Shown here in pieces: positions 38,415 through 48,938 of a stretch of 64,000 nucleotides of DNA. A program made the translations under genes and the position numbers. The DNA lies in contig JAWPOF010000001.1 of assembly GCA_033345275.1 (NCBI GenBank), forward strand, positions 16,839 through 80,838, in the 5' to 3' direction. This stretch comes from Alphaproteobacteria bacterium. GTDB taxonomy: Bacteria; Pseudomonadota; Alphaproteobacteria; Rs-D84. Each line of letters opens with the position of its first letter. The stretch's first letter is position 1. A model generated the notes under the pieces. That model had not been told where the DNA came from. It was given only the letters and a program-made list of their open reading frames with translations, and made no database searches.

Positions 38415-39401
38415 ATGTTGGATGATTTTGTGATTGTAAAAAGTGCCATCAGCGCATTTAATAATGCGGCATTGTGGGCACCTGCGTTTTTGTGGTGGTC
38501 TGTTTTGGCATTGCCTTTGTTTGTTGTTGTGTATTGGGGCGCCGACGCTATTATGGGGCGCATTGGCTGGAACAAGAACAATATTTTACGCAATTGTTGC
38601 GCATGGGTTGCTGGACTGACATGTGCGTGGGCTGTATTGTTTGGCGGGAACTATGAGGTTCTGCGTGACACTTTGTCCGTTCTGCCGATGATGACGGCAA
38701 CAATTTTATTTTTAACATCATTGTTTGTATCATCGCATCTGCGCGAATATGCTTTACAATATTCTGGCAGGTGGAGGTGGTTTTTGTTGGCAGCGATTAT
38801 TATCGCGGTCGGATTGTCTGATACACATGTGTGGTGGGGGCCATTGTTGCAGATAAGTGCTTTTGGACTGGGGGTTACGCTGGGGCGATTTGCACGTGGT
38901 CAGATGCGCCCGTTCAGTGGATTGGTGTTGATTATGATGATGACCGTAATCGCTATTTTGATGCAACCAGAATTTTTTAGATTTGGACAGTTGGGCAATC
39001 TGACGGCTGTACATTTACTGGCGATATTGATTCTGGGGTGCGCGTGCATGACAACAATTGCGGTCCAGAACATAAATCCATGCAACAGAATCCGTCATGG
39101 CATATATGTTAAACTAAAATGGCTGATGCGCGTTGTGTGTGTATTGGGTATTGCGCTGTTTATATTGACCGAAGCAGTCCCCGTATTTATCGGGACAATG
39201 ATTGCAGTATTTTTATCTGTTGCTATGTCGGTATGGCACACAGATTCTGTGAATCTGACGTTGGGCGATAAAACGTTCGCGATATCAATGATGACATTTG
39301 GTGCAATTACTGTCATGCCTGTTATCACTGCCATTGGTGTTTTGTATTGGGTAAATACAGGCGCTTTAAACTTTTGGACTGAAAGCAAGCGATTGTTATA
39401 A
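38415..39401 (+). CDS. Polytopic inner-membrane protein (hypothetical)
   Basis: 328 aa with about 9 predicted TM helices. Confidence 0.5.
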   Translation: MLDDFVIVKSAISAFNNAALWAPAFLWWSVLALPLFVVVYWGADAIMGRIGWNKNNILRNCCAWVAGLTCAWAVLFGGNYEVLRDTLSVLPMMTATILFLTSLFVSSHLREYALQYSGRWRWFLLAAIIIAVGLSDTHVWWGPLLQISAFGLGVTLGRFARGQMRPFSGLVLIMMMTVIAILMQPEFFRFGQLGNLTAVHLLAILILGCACMTTIAVQNINPCNRIRHGIYVKLKWLMRVVCVLGIALFILTEAVPVFIGTMIAVFLSVAMSVWHTDSVNLTLGDKTFAISMMTFGAITVMPVITAIGVLYWVNTGALNFWTESKRLL

Positions 39402-39469
39402 TTGGTTATATTTATTTAATAACAATTTGTATCAATCTGGTATACCATTTAGCCTGTTAACACTTAAAA

Positions 39470-40282
39470 ATGGGTTTTATTATGGTTATACATCCAACAG
39501 CAATTATCCATCCTGGCGCGAAATTGGGCGCAGATTGCAAGATTGGCCCGTATTGTATTGTGGGCGGGAATGTGGTCTTGGGCGATCGTGTTGAATTGGT
39601 TTCGAATGTTGTTATTGATGGCAAGACATCAATTGGTGATGATTCTATTATTTATCCTTTTGCCGTTGTTGGCGTAATGAGCCAAGATTTGAAATGGCAG
39701 GACGAAGCCTCGATGACTGGTGTTCGCATTGGCAAGCGTTGCAAGATTCGCGAATATGCAACCATTCATTCTGGCACGCCTGCATCTGACGGCACTGTGA
39801 TTGGCGACGATTGTCAGATTATGGTTAATGCACACGTAGCACACGATTGTCGCGTTGGCAACAGTGTTGTTATGTCAAATTTGGTGCAATTGGCCGGCCA
39901 TGTCGAGGTTGAAGATTTCGCGATTATAAGTGGCGGCACCATGGTTCTGCAGTTTGCGCGCATTGGTCGCAACGCATTTATAGGCGGTATGTCAGGTGTC
40001 GGTAATGATGTGTTGCCATATGCCATTTATGATGGCAGTCCACGTGCAGTTTACCGCACCATCAACCGCGTTGGTTTAATGCGACACGGTTTTACAAACG
40101 AAGATATGCATGCAATCCATTCTGTGTATTCTGCGGTATTCCGCGACGGCGAAGGTACTGTGTCGGATCGCCTGGCCAAGATCAGAAAAGAAGTAAAGAA
40201 TAACAAATACGCAATGGATGCTATTGACTTTATCGAAAATCGATCCAAGCGTGGTATTGGCACATCTAGAAATGCAGAATAA
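39470..40282 (+). CDS. lpxA: Acyl-ACP--UDP-GlcNAc O-acyltransferase
   Basis: IHPTAIIHPGAKLG...IGPYCIVG hexapeptide repeats. Confidence 0.9.
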   Translation: MGFIMVIHPTAIIHPGAKLGADCKIGPYCIVGGNVVLGDRVELVSNVVIDGKTSIGDDSIIYPFAVVGVMSQDLKWQDEASMTGVRIGKRCKIREYATIHSGTPASDGTVIGDDCQIMVNAHVAHDCRVGNSVVMSNLVQLAGHVEVEDFAIISGGTMVLQFARIGRNAFIGGMSGVGNDVLPYAIYDGSPRAVYRTINRVGLMRHGFTNEDMHAIHSVYSAVFRDGEGTVSDRLAKIRKEVKNNKYAMDAIDFIENRSKRGIGTSRNAE

Positions 40283-41411
40283 AAAACAAACCGTATTTAT
40301 TATTGCTGGCGAAGTATCGGGCGATGTTCTGGGCGGACGCATTATGTCCCAGATGGACGGTGTGGAATTTATCGGCATTGGTGGCGAAAATATGCAGGCA
40401 GCCGGATTAAAGTCTTTGTTCCCAATGTCGGATTTGGCAGTAATGGGCATAGTCGAGGTTTTGGCACACGCGCGTACATTAACACATCGAATAAAGCAAA
40501 CTGTAAATGCGATTATTGAATCAAAACCTGATGTTGTTGTGTCAATTGATGCGCCTGGATTTGCAAAAAGCGTTATTAAACAGATTAGAAAATCGCCAGC
40601 GGGACAAAAACTGATTGCGAATGGTTTGAAATTCCATCACGTTGTCGCGCCCCAGGTGTGGGCCTGGCGACCAGGACGCGCGAAAAAATATGCTAAAATT
40701 TTTGACAAACTGTATGCATTTTTCGATTTCGAAGTTCCGTATTTTACCCGCCACGGTCTGAAAACGGTTGCAGTCGGGCATCCTGTTGCTGATGATTTAA
40801 TTGGCAAGCATAAAAAAATTAAAAAAACCGAGAAAAAAATCATCACGTTGGTTCCTGGCAGCAGAATGTCCGAGGTAAAAAAACTGTTGCCATTGATGCG
40901 CAATGTGGCGGAAAGAATGACGCGCGATGGGTATATGGGATATGAATTTGTAATCCCAACCGTTGAAACAACTGCTGAATACATTCGAAACGAAACGGCA
41001 CATTGGCATGTAAAACCGACGCTGGTGTCGGCAAATCAGCGATATGAACTGTACGCCAAAACATACATTGCAATTGTGGCCAGTGGTACTGTTTCTGCTG
41101 AACTTGCCATGTTGCATGTGCCAACAATTGTGGTTTATCGAATGAATGCCGTTACAACAATAATTGCCCGTTTATTGGTTAATATAAAATGGGTGTCTTT
41201 GGTTAATATTTTATTAAATCGCACTGTGTTTCCAGAATTTCTGGGGTCTGCTGCGACAATAGACAATATAATGGACGCTGTCCAGCAATTAAGCATACCT
41301 TCTAAACGCGACAAAATGATTGCAACACTGGAATCAGCCGATAAATTGTGGTTGCCTGGGGGTACGAATGCGGCAAAAATGATTGCCGATGGGATAACAG
41401 AATCCTTTTAA
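40272..41411 (+). CDS. lpxB: Lipid-A-disaccharide synthase
   Basis: The start MQNKKQTVFIIAGEVSGD overlaps the lpxA stop. Confidence 0.85.
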   Translation: MQNKKQTVFIIAGEVSGDVLGGRIMSQMDGVEFIGIGGENMQAAGLKSLFPMSDLAVMGIVEVLAHARTLTHRIKQTVNAIIESKPDVVVSIDAPGFAKSVIKQIRKSPAGQKLIANGLKFHHVVAPQVWAWRPGRAKKYAKIFDKLYAFFDFEVPYFTRHGLKTVAVGHPVADDLIGKHKKIKKTEKKIITLVPGSRMSEVKKLLPLMRNVAERMTRDGYMGYEFVIPTVETTAEYIRNETAHWHVKPTLVSANQRYELYAKTYIAIVASGTVSAELAMLHVPTIVVYRMNAVTTIIARLLVNIKWVSLVNILLNRTVFPEFLGSAATIDNIMDAVQQLSIPSKRDKMIATLESADKLWLPGGTNAAKMIADGITESF

Positions 41412-41530
41412 TCGTGTTTTTGTATCTGGAATGTATATCGCCATGTTTCGCGTCCACAGGACAGGCGTCCTGGTTTAACTTTACAAATACATTTTTTTGT
41501 TCTAGTATTTCCGCATAGCAGGGAAAAAAA

Positions 41531-42142
41531 ATGAAAAGTTTAATTATTTTGGGTGTTCCACGTGCTGGCAAATCTACACTGGCAACAAATATAGCAAAAA
41601 AATTGTCTGAAACAGGAAATGCACTGTCTTTGATAAACGCGGATGCGATCATGGGCGGTTTAACCGCAGAACGCGGTGGATACAATCTGTACAAACTGTT
41701 GTTGCGACCCCTGCGTCACATTTTTCCAAAGATGCGCGCCCAATCAAAACGGCAATTACGCCAGAATTTTGTTAATTTTATCGGCAGATTTTTGGCTGAA
41801 ACGGCCCAAACTTCTATTGTAGTTTTTGAAGGGGCGTATATAGCACCGGAACAAGCGGTGACGATGTTTGACAGGAATAAATTCAAAATTGTAGTGGTCG
41901 GATATCCCAATATTTCAATAGAAGATAAATGTGCTAATATTCGCAAATATGACCAGAAAACATCAACAAACTCTTTGAATGACCAAGATTTAAGAAAACG
42001 TATACACTATTTAATAGAACTAAGTAAGGATTATCAAAAACAATGCCAAAAGCACAAAATCCGTTTCATTGATACTTCATATGATTGGAAAGGCGAAATA
42101 GAAAATTTTACAAATAATATTTGCGAATTTTTGGCCGATTAA
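41531..42142 (+). CDS. P-loop NTPase or kinase-like protein
   Basis: Walker A GVPRAGKST. Confidence 0.5.
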   Translation: MKSLIILGVPRAGKSTLATNIAKKLSETGNALSLINADAIMGGLTAERGGYNLYKLLLRPLRHIFPKMRAQSKRQLRQNFVNFIGRFLAETAQTSIVVFEGAYIAPEQAVTMFDRNKFKIVVVGYPNISIEDKCANIRKYDQKTSTNSLNDQDLRKRIHYLIELSKDYQKQCQKHKIRFIDTSYDWKGEIENFTNNICEFLAD

Positions 42143-42232
42143 AATTAAATAAATATACTTTATTGGGAATACAAACACGTGTTTTGTCATATACGTCTGT
42201 GATAAAATAATAAAAAATCAAGGATGATAAAT

Positions 42233-42667
42233 ATGGCAAAAAATTTCAAAACTGATACCAGCGCGGTTGGTATAGCGCATTATATTTTATTATTTTTAGT
42301 TGTTGTTGGGTGCATATCGCTGGTTGCATGGACACTTATAAAAAACAATAATCCGAATTCATCTGGTAATACAACAAGTGTCATTCATGTCAAAAATTCA
42401 TATCCATGCGTTCAACGCGCGCGCAGCACAGTGGCGCACATGTGGGAATACGACCCTAATGCAGTGCCTCAAAAATACTGGGACATTGCTGAAAACTATA
42501 TGAACCAGGTGATTCCGGCACAGACATATGGAATTTGTCAGGATGTGGCTTTTGTTTGCAACGTCGGAGAAATCAGACAAGATTGTGACCCGTGTGCGGT
42601 GCCAAATGCACGGAAATTGGCACAAGGGATTCATGTTGCCGATATAGTCAAGGAATATTGCCAATAA
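42233..42667 (+). CDS. Membrane-anchored Cys-rich protein
   Basis: aaggatgataaatATG RBS, an N-terminal TM helix, and 6 Cys. A terminator follows at 42670-42693. Confidence 0.5.
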   Translation: MAKNFKTDTSAVGIAHYILLFLVVVGCISLVAWTLIKNNNPNSSGNTTSVIHVKNSYPCVQRARSTVAHMWEYDPNAVPQKYWDIAENYMNQVIPAQTYGICQDVAFVCNVGEIRQDCDPCAVPNARKLAQGIHVADIVKEYCQ

Positions 42668-42691
42668 AAATCCCGCCAACGGCGGGTTATT

Positions 42692-43804
42692 TTATCGATT
42701 GGTTAACTGTAATTCTATGCGACGGTTTTGTTGTAACTCTGACGGCGAGCTGCCCGATGCAACTGGGTACATGTCACCAAAACCACTGGGAACCAAACGG
42801 TGTTTGGATACACCCGCATTTACTAATTCGTTCACAACGGCCGTTGCACGCAACAAGGATAATTCTGTATTGTTCTTATATCCATGAGTGCCGAATATAA
42901 CTTGTTTTTTATCAGTGTGTCCATCGACACGGATAATCCAATTTATGTCTGCTGGGATTTTTTCTTCTATGTCTTGGATGACATCTGCAATTAAATGCAA
43001 TTGCTTTTTACCATCCGCGGATAATTTGTATGAACCGCTGGGGAATAAGATATCACTGTTTACGATAAATCTGTCACCATCAATCTTGATTGACGAACTG
43101 TCACCCAGGGCCAGTTTTACCGATTTGTAAAATTCAGATTGGTATTGCGATACATCTTTAAGTTCCGCAACCTTGTCCGCCAGGGCACGATTCAAGCGCG
43201 TTGACATTTCAACATATTCAATTTCCTGGGCATGAGCTTTTTCTTCGGAAGCGTCCAGCGCAGATTGCAATTTTGCCAATTGTTCCGCCAGATTCGCGCG
43301 TTGAGATTCCATATCTTCTTGCAATTGTTTGCGTTCCTGTTCCAATGTGGCCATCTTTTCCTTGTCCAGCGTGGCCTGATTTAGTTGGTTGTTCAGGCTG
43401 GCTACCTGTTCTTGCAGTTCATTGCCATGATTTTGAAGTTCCAGTACCTTGGCCTCGTATGCGGTGACCAGTTCCGACACACTTGAATCAAGCTCGTTTA
43501 GTTCGTTATTAAGATTGGTGTTGGAACGTTCCAATTCTTCCAGTTGGTCGCGCGCCAGTATTAACAAATGCTTGGCTTCTTGCTCGTCCAGGAACATTTG
43601 TTCAATGGTCTGTGCCTGCTCGGCATTTGTAGAGCGCAATTCTGCCACAGCCTTGGTTCCTGTTGCTTTGTTAAAAACACTGGTGGTGGTCCACAAAAAC
43701 ACAAAGACAATCATCAGAAATATTAAAATTATAACCAGATTCGAAAATAAATCTACGAAGCCCGGCCATGCGTTTGTTGATGTGCGATAACGAATGTTCA
43801 TCAT
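42692..43804 (-). CDS. MotB-like protein: N-terminal TM with a conserved Asp, a roughly 180-aa coiled coil, and a C-terminal OmpA-like peptidoglycan-binding domain
   Basis: GFVDLFSNLVIILIF TM segment. Heptad-rich stretch from 80 to 260. C-terminus ...RVDGHTDKK...NTELSLLRATAVVNELV...NRRIELQL. Confidence 0.7.
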   Translation of the reverse strand: MMNIRYRTSTNAWPGFVDLFSNLVIILIFLMIVFVFLWTTTSVFNKATGTKAVAELRSTNAEQAQTIEQMFLDEQEAKHLLILARDQLEELERSNTNLNNELNELDSSVSELVTAYEAKVLELQNHGNELQEQVASLNNQLNQATLDKEKMATLEQERKQLQEDMESQRANLAEQLAKLQSALDASEEKAHAQEIEYVEMSTRLNRALADKVAELKDVSQYQSEFYKSVKLALGDSSSIKIDGDRFIVNSDILFPSGSYKLSADGKKQLHLIADVIQDIEEKIPADINWIIRVDGHTDKKQVIFGTHGYKNNTELSLLRATAVVNELVNAGVSKHRLVPSGFGDMYPVASGSSPSELQQNRRIELQLTNR

Positions 43805-43828
43805 TTGTCTGCTCTCTCTTGTATTGTT

Positions 43829-44602
43829 TTATATGCCTGAAACCGTTTGTTCCAACGATTGTACACTTTTTGTTAATTCGCGTGTTGCCAGATTTATTTT
43901 CGGCAGCATCTTTGCCACAGTATCTGTCGCCGTGATATGCGCATGTGATGCCAGACAATCTTCCAGTTCTTGATATATTGCATTTTGTGCCGCCTGAACC
44001 TGCAACCCTAAAAAGCCTATTGCCAAACTGCCCCCCAGTCCCAGCAAAGAACTGGTGAATGCTGTGGCCATGCCCGCCAGGGGACGTGACAATCCCGACT
44101 GCATCGACTGCAAGACAGCCTCGTCAGAAAAATTCAAATTTCCAATTAATTCCGCAAAACCACCAACCGTTAAAATCAATCCCCAAAACGTCCCCAGCAG
44201 CCCCAAAAATATTAATGTGTTTGTTATATAGCGAACCGATTCACGAGAATCTTCGAAACGATTTACCACCATATCCATAAAACCGTTCATGGTTGTTGCA
44301 GATATTCGTTTCGGATTTGACGACAACATTTGAGCCACAGGACGCAATAAGCGTGGCGGTAATTCCAATTGACGACGGCCGGTCGTATAGCCGTGCAACC
44401 ATTTATATTCTGGCAGCAACCTGAACATCAACACAAAGCACAAACCAATACCAAATAAGGTAGTGCCAATAATCACACCGTTCAACCAAATGTTCGCAGT
44501 CGAAATCGCCATGAAATCTGCCCAAAAATATAGTAACCCTGCAACCAATAATGCAGTGAACAAAGCCATTCGATTAAGTGCGCCATGAAAGTGTTTTGTC
44601 AT
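43829..44602 (-). CDS. MotA/TolQ/ExbB family proton-channel protein (4 TM)
   Basis: LIFLGLLGTFWGL...AGMATAFTSSLLGLGG is the family signature. Confidence 0.7.
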   Translation of the reverse strand: MTKHFHGALNRMALFTALLVAGLLYFWADFMAISTANIWLNGVIIGTTLFGIGLCFVLMFRLLPEYKWLHGYTTGRRQLELPPRLLRPVAQMLSSNPKRISATTMNGFMDMVVNRFEDSRESVRYITNTLIFLGLLGTFWGLILTVGGFAELIGNLNFSDEAVLQSMQSGLSRPLAGMATAFTSSLLGLGGSLAIGFLGLQVQAAQNAIYQELEDCLASHAHITATDTVAKMLPKINLATRELTKSVQSLEQTVSGI

Positions 44603-44671
44603 ATCTTTATTCCCCCGCTTAGTTTTAGATTAGTAAATTTTAACAAATATTGTCAATAGACTTTATTATGC

Positions 44672-45910
44672 TTATTTACACACAGCAACATATGGCGGTA
44701 ATGAACGCGACCTATCTATTTCCGAAGCGCCACAATCCAGGCAATTAAAGCGACGATTCTGAGAATGCGACCTGTCAAACGGAACATTTACACCGTTAAC
44801 AGATTCAACCATTTCAAGATATGCGCGATTCGGAAATCCAAAATAAAATGCACGTGTCGGCCCATCACATTCTGCAACCGCCCCAGGATAACAACGCGCA
44901 TCAAACAAACGTTCTGGATCAGGAACGCATGCTGAAACACAGCTTTCTGCGTCAACTACTAGACGTTCACAGTCTGTACATGAAGTTTGCGGAACACTCA
45001 ATGTCGCCCCCGCCGAACCATAAGGCGCGCCAGATGTCAGATGTGTGCATTTCTTGGTATTAACAGAGCCAGACGGATCAACAACACATTCCCATACCAA
45101 TGTGTTATAATTCAAACGCGCAACCATGTTGCTGGGGCAACTTTTTTCTGGGAACGGATCCAAGCATTCCCAAATACCTTCTACAATAATTGCGGTTTGG
45201 TTATCAGCACACAATGGTTTGCGTGATTCATCGGGTACACACTCGTATAAATCAGAATCCCATATCATATCGCCACCACAATCTGTCTGGGGGTTATAGC
45301 CTATACATTGCCATCGACCAAAACGGTATGTTTTTGTATAACCTGCCGGACAAAAAATATCAGGTGCAGTTGCTAAATCATATTCCGTTCCCACATCCGG
45401 AAATTCGAATTGAGTCATATATACCAACTGACCGTCGACCAACCCCAGATTATTAATAATTTCCACCGGAACCTGACGACGCATCGACGAACCGCCAGAC
45501 ATTATCATTCCCCCATTTAATATGCCGAATGTGCCTGACTCGGAATAATGTGTTTCCAGAATTTCCATCATTGCATTTTGATTAGAGGGCGCTATTGGAT
45601 TGCTGACCGTTACTACATAATTAAATGCAGGCTTTTTACTGTTCCCGACTTCACACTTGGTTACCTTTAATCTGCCATCTAGACAAATAAAATCACTGGT
45701 TATACCGTTTTGTTCTGTACAGATATCAACAAATTCCGTGCCGTTAATTTGGGCATTATGCAATGCCGTTGCGCACTGGGCAACAGAACGCAAATCAGAA
45801 CGCGAAACCGCGTATTCTGTATCATGCTGGACCACAGTTTGATTTGGGGAACCAATCAGATAATAGCCAGCCATGAATAAAGCAACCAAAATCATGATAA
45901 AAATATTCAT
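44672..45910 (-). CDS. Cys-rich secreted or membrane-anchored protein, first gene of the MotA/B-like operon
   Basis: N-terminal signal anchor and more than 25 Cys in 412 aa. Confidence 0.5.
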   Translation of the reverse strand: MNIFIMILVALFMAGYYLIGSPNQTVVQHDTEYAVSRSDLRSVAQCATALHNAQINGTEFVDICTEQNGITSDFICLDGRLKVTKCEVGNSKKPAFNYVVTVSNPIAPSNQNAMMEILETHYSESGTFGILNGGMIMSGGSSMRRQVPVEIINNLGLVDGQLVYMTQFEFPDVGTEYDLATAPDIFCPAGYTKTYRFGRWQCIGYNPQTDCGGDMIWDSDLYECVPDESRKPLCADNQTAIIVEGIWECLDPFPEKSCPSNMVARLNYNTLVWECVVDPSGSVNTKKCTHLTSGAPYGSAGATLSVPQTSCTDCERLVVDAESCVSACVPDPERLFDARCYPGAVAECDGPTRAFYFGFPNRAYLEMVESVNGVNVPFDRSHSQNRRFNCLDCGASEIDRSRSLPPYVAVCK

Positions 45911-45981
45911 TATTCCCCCTTGCGATTTATGAAAAGTCTAGGTAATATACAAATAAATTGCAACAGGAAATGGGTACGGGC

Positions 45982-46470
45982 ATGAAAAAATTTTTATTGC
46001 TTGCGATATTGGTAATGGCGACGGCATGTGGCTTTAAGCCTATGTTTTCAGGACAGGATACTGATATTTATGTGGAACCAATCAGTGGTATCAATGGAAT
46101 CGAATTACGTAATGCCCTGTGGGCAAAGTTTGGCGGTCAGCATGGGGCAGACGCCGCATATAAACTGACTGTTAACCTGGACACGCCTAATACTCAATAC
46201 AAAGCGTTGGAACAAACGGGTGATGCCACCTGGCAGGAAGTGTCACTGACTGCGACATATGTGTTGACACACAATGGCAAACAAATCGCAACCGGCACAG
46301 AACGCGCAGCAGAATCATACACATTTGTGCGGTATTTGGTTGCATCTAATGCTTCGTATAATAACGCTGTTAAAAATACTATAAATGTTCTGGCGGAAAA
46401 GATTGGTGCGCGCGCAATCACAGAAACACATAAATATTCACAGACTGATAAAGATACGGATGCTAGATAA
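45982..46470 (+). CDS. lptE: LPS-assembly lipoprotein LptE
   Basis: Lipobox MATACGFKP. It is followed by holA, a conserved lptE-holA synteny. Confidence 0.6.
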   Translation: MKKFLLLAILVMATACGFKPMFSGQDTDIYVEPISGINGIELRNALWAKFGGQHGADAAYKLTVNLDTPNTQYKALEQTGDATWQEVSLTATYVLTHNGKQIATGTERAAESYTFVRYLVASNASYNNAVKNTINVLAEKIGARAITETHKYSQTDKDTDAR

Positions 46471-47459
46471 TGAAATGGAAAGACGCTGACTTCAAAGGCG
46501 GAATTGATAAAGTCCGTGCGGTATTGATTTATGGGCCAGACGCCGGTCAGATTGACGAATACTGCGATTTAGCGATTGAAAAACTGGGGATAGAAAAAGA
46601 CAATTTGTTCGCGCTGGATTCTGATGAGTTGCGCGAAAAGCAAGATGCCCTGTTTGCCGAAGCCTGCACCCCTTCTATGTTTGGCGGACACAAGATGGTG
46701 ATTATTTCTAGTGCGGGCGATGCATGCGCAAAACAGGTGGCAGAATTGGTTGAGCATCCAGGCCTGTGCGCAACTGTAATTGTAACGGGGGGCGATCTGC
46801 GAGCGGGTGGCGGATTGCGCCTGTTGTTCGAGGGGGGCCAAAATATGGCTGCATTGGCATGCTATACGGACGATGCACGTACATTGGCGAACCTGATACG
46901 TAATGAATTATCGGCAGCAGCCGGGATTCAGCAAATTACGCCAGATGCCATGACATATATGACAACCCATCTGGGGGGCGACCGTGGAATTACACGTGGT
47001 TTTCTGACCAAGATTGCGCTGTATGTCGATGACAAGCGGATTGTTGAACTGGCTGATGTGGAAAAGTGTTTGCCCGATACAGGGGCGGCGGATATTGATG
47101 ACTTTTTGTACTCGCTGACTGCAGGTCATATTCAGCAGACAATGCTGGCATTGGACAGATTGCTGTATGATAACAAGGAACCAAATATGCTGATACGCAT
47201 GTTAAATGGACATTTCAAAAAACTACAGACCGCAGTCATAGATGGACAACTGCCCCGCCTGTTCTGGAAGGTGGAAGATAAATTCAAACAGGCAATGAAA
47301 ATTTGGTCTGACGCGGAAATTACTGGCGTATTGATTCGCCTGAACGAACTGGAACGTCAGTTGCGTACAACTGGTATGCCGGGCGAGGTTTTACTGCGTG
47401 ACTTTGCATTAAAATTATGTGCCCGGGCGGCGAAACTGGCAATTAAACGAAGGAACTGA
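46470..47459 (+). CDS. holA: DNA polymerase III delta subunit
   Basis: N-terminal VLIYGPDAGQIDEY. The protein is 329 aa. Confidence 0.75.
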   Translation: MKWKDADFKGGIDKVRAVLIYGPDAGQIDEYCDLAIEKLGIEKDNLFALDSDELREKQDALFAEACTPSMFGGHKMVIISSAGDACAKQVAELVEHPGLCATVIVTGGDLRAGGGLRLLFEGGQNMAALACYTDDARTLANLIRNELSAAAGIQQITPDAMTYMTTHLGGDRGITRGFLTKIALYVDDKRIVELADVEKCLPDTGAADIDDFLYSLTAGHIQQTMLALDRLLYDNKEPNMLIRMLNGHFKKLQTAVIDGQLPRLFWKVEDKFKQAMKIWSDAEITGVLIRLNELERQLRTTGMPGEVLLRDFALKLCARAAKLAIKRRN

Positions 47460-47463
47460 AAAA

Positions 47464-48225
47464 ATGTTAGCATCTGTATACGCACCAAAAGATTTCAAAA
47501 GATTACGCGCGGTGGGTGATATCGTAGCGCGTTGTTTCGATTTTATTTCACCTTATGTTCGGGCGGGAATTTCCACTGGGGAAATCGATAGAATGGTTGC
47601 ACAGTTTTTAAAGGACAATGGGGCGCGTTCGTCCGATTTGGGGTATCAGGGATATCCAAAGCATATTTGCACATCTGTTAATGATGTTATTGTACATGGA
47701 ATCCCCAGCGATGAAGTAATCTTGAAGGATGGTGATATCGTAAATATAGACTTGACCGCTGAATACAAAGGATTTCACGGGGACGCATCACGCATGTTTA
47801 TGATTGGAAACGTAAAACCACAGGCACGTAAACTGGTTCAGGTGTGCCAGGACGCCTTAAACGCTGCGATTTCAATCTGTGCGCCGGGCGTTCCACTGTC
47901 CGAGATAGGCAAAACAATTGAAGAGGTTGTCAATCCGCATGGTTTTTCTATTTCCCGTGACTTTGTGGGGCATGGCATTGGCAAGGTTATGCACGACGAC
48001 CCGCAAATATATCATTTCTATGACAAAAGATGGGATAATGTAAAAATGGTACCAGGATTAGTTTTTACAATTGAACCGATGATTAATACAGGGTCACCAG
48101 ACTGCAAAATAGATGCAGATGGTTGGACGGCACGAACGGTGGATGGCGGGCTGTCAGCCCAGTGGGAACATACTATTGGAATTACCGAAGACGGCGCAAT
48201 TGTTTTCACAGAAAAAATGGTCTGA
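47464..48225 (+). CDS. map: Methionine aminopeptidase type I
   Basis: HGIP......DIVNIDL...GFHGD...HGIG..MH..P. Confidence 0.9.
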   Translation: MLASVYAPKDFKRLRAVGDIVARCFDFISPYVRAGISTGEIDRMVAQFLKDNGARSSDLGYQGYPKHICTSVNDVIVHGIPSDEVILKDGDIVNIDLTAEYKGFHGDASRMFMIGNVKPQARKLVQVCQDALNAAISICAPGVPLSEIGKTIEEVVNPHGFSISRDFVGHGIGKVMHDDPQIYHFYDKRWDNVKMVPGLVFTIEPMINTGSPDCKIDADGWTARTVDGGLSAQWEHTIGITEDGAIVFTEKMV

Positions 48226-48233
48226 TATTCAAT

Positions 48234-48938
48234 ATGCCAAAGCCAGATGAACTGTTTCATGCGGGACACCGCGAACGATTAAAAGAAAAGTTTCTGGACA
48301 AGAAACTGGTTGAATATGAACAGCTGGAACTGTTGTTGGGCTATGCGATTCCACGACGTGATGTCAGACCGCTGGCCCGAAAATTAATTCAGCATTTTGG
48401 AAATGTATACTATGTATTAAATGCACATATTGATGATTTGATGGCGGTTGATGGTATTGGTCGTTCGACTGCGATTTTGATTAAATTGGTGCACAGTTTG
48501 ATTTGTATAAGCCACGAAAAGAAACTGAAAGAAGGTTCAATATATATGAACCATGATACACTGATTGATTATTGCAGAATGAAAATGTCGGAATTAAAAA
48601 CCGAAGAGTTTCATGTACTGTATCTAGACGCAAATTTTTGTTTGCAAAAACACGAAGTCCACAGCCAAGGTTCCGCCGAATCATCTAATGTATATGTTGA
48701 AAAGATTATGGAATATGCGCTTAAACACAATATAAAAAGCGTTGTTTTGTTGCACAATCATCCGTCAACTGATAATACGTTTTCGTCCATTGATATTATG
48801 CTGACAACAAAATTGGAATATTTACTAGAGATATGCAACATAGAATTGTATGACCATTTTGTAGTGGCTGGTGGAATTGTACATTCTGTACGTGCGGAAC
48901 AACTTTTAAGCAGATCGACCAACAAGCCTGTTTCCTAG
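48234..48938 (+). CDS. radC: RadC-like JAB-domain protein
   Basis: C-terminal HNHPS motif and an N-terminal HhH-like region. Confidence 0.75.
   Translation: MPKPDELFHAGHRERLKEKFLDKKLVEYEQLELLLGYAIPRRDVRPLARKLIQHFGNVYYVLNAHIDDLMAVDGIGRSTAILIKLVHSLICISHEKKLKEGSIYMNHDTLIDYCRMKMSELKTEEFHVLYLDANFCLQKHEVHSQGSAESSNVYVEKIMEYALKHNIKSVVLLHNHPSTDNTFSSIDIMLTTKLEYLLEICNIELYDHFVVAGGIVHSVRAEQLLSRSTNKPVS

Noticed and set aside
42692-44602. Zorya (ZorA/ZorB) anti-phage system
   Set aside because: The MotA-like protein is only 257 aa and lacks the long cytoplasmic tail of ZorA. No ZorC, ZorD or ZorE-like genes are adjacent. It is kept as an unusual stator pair.
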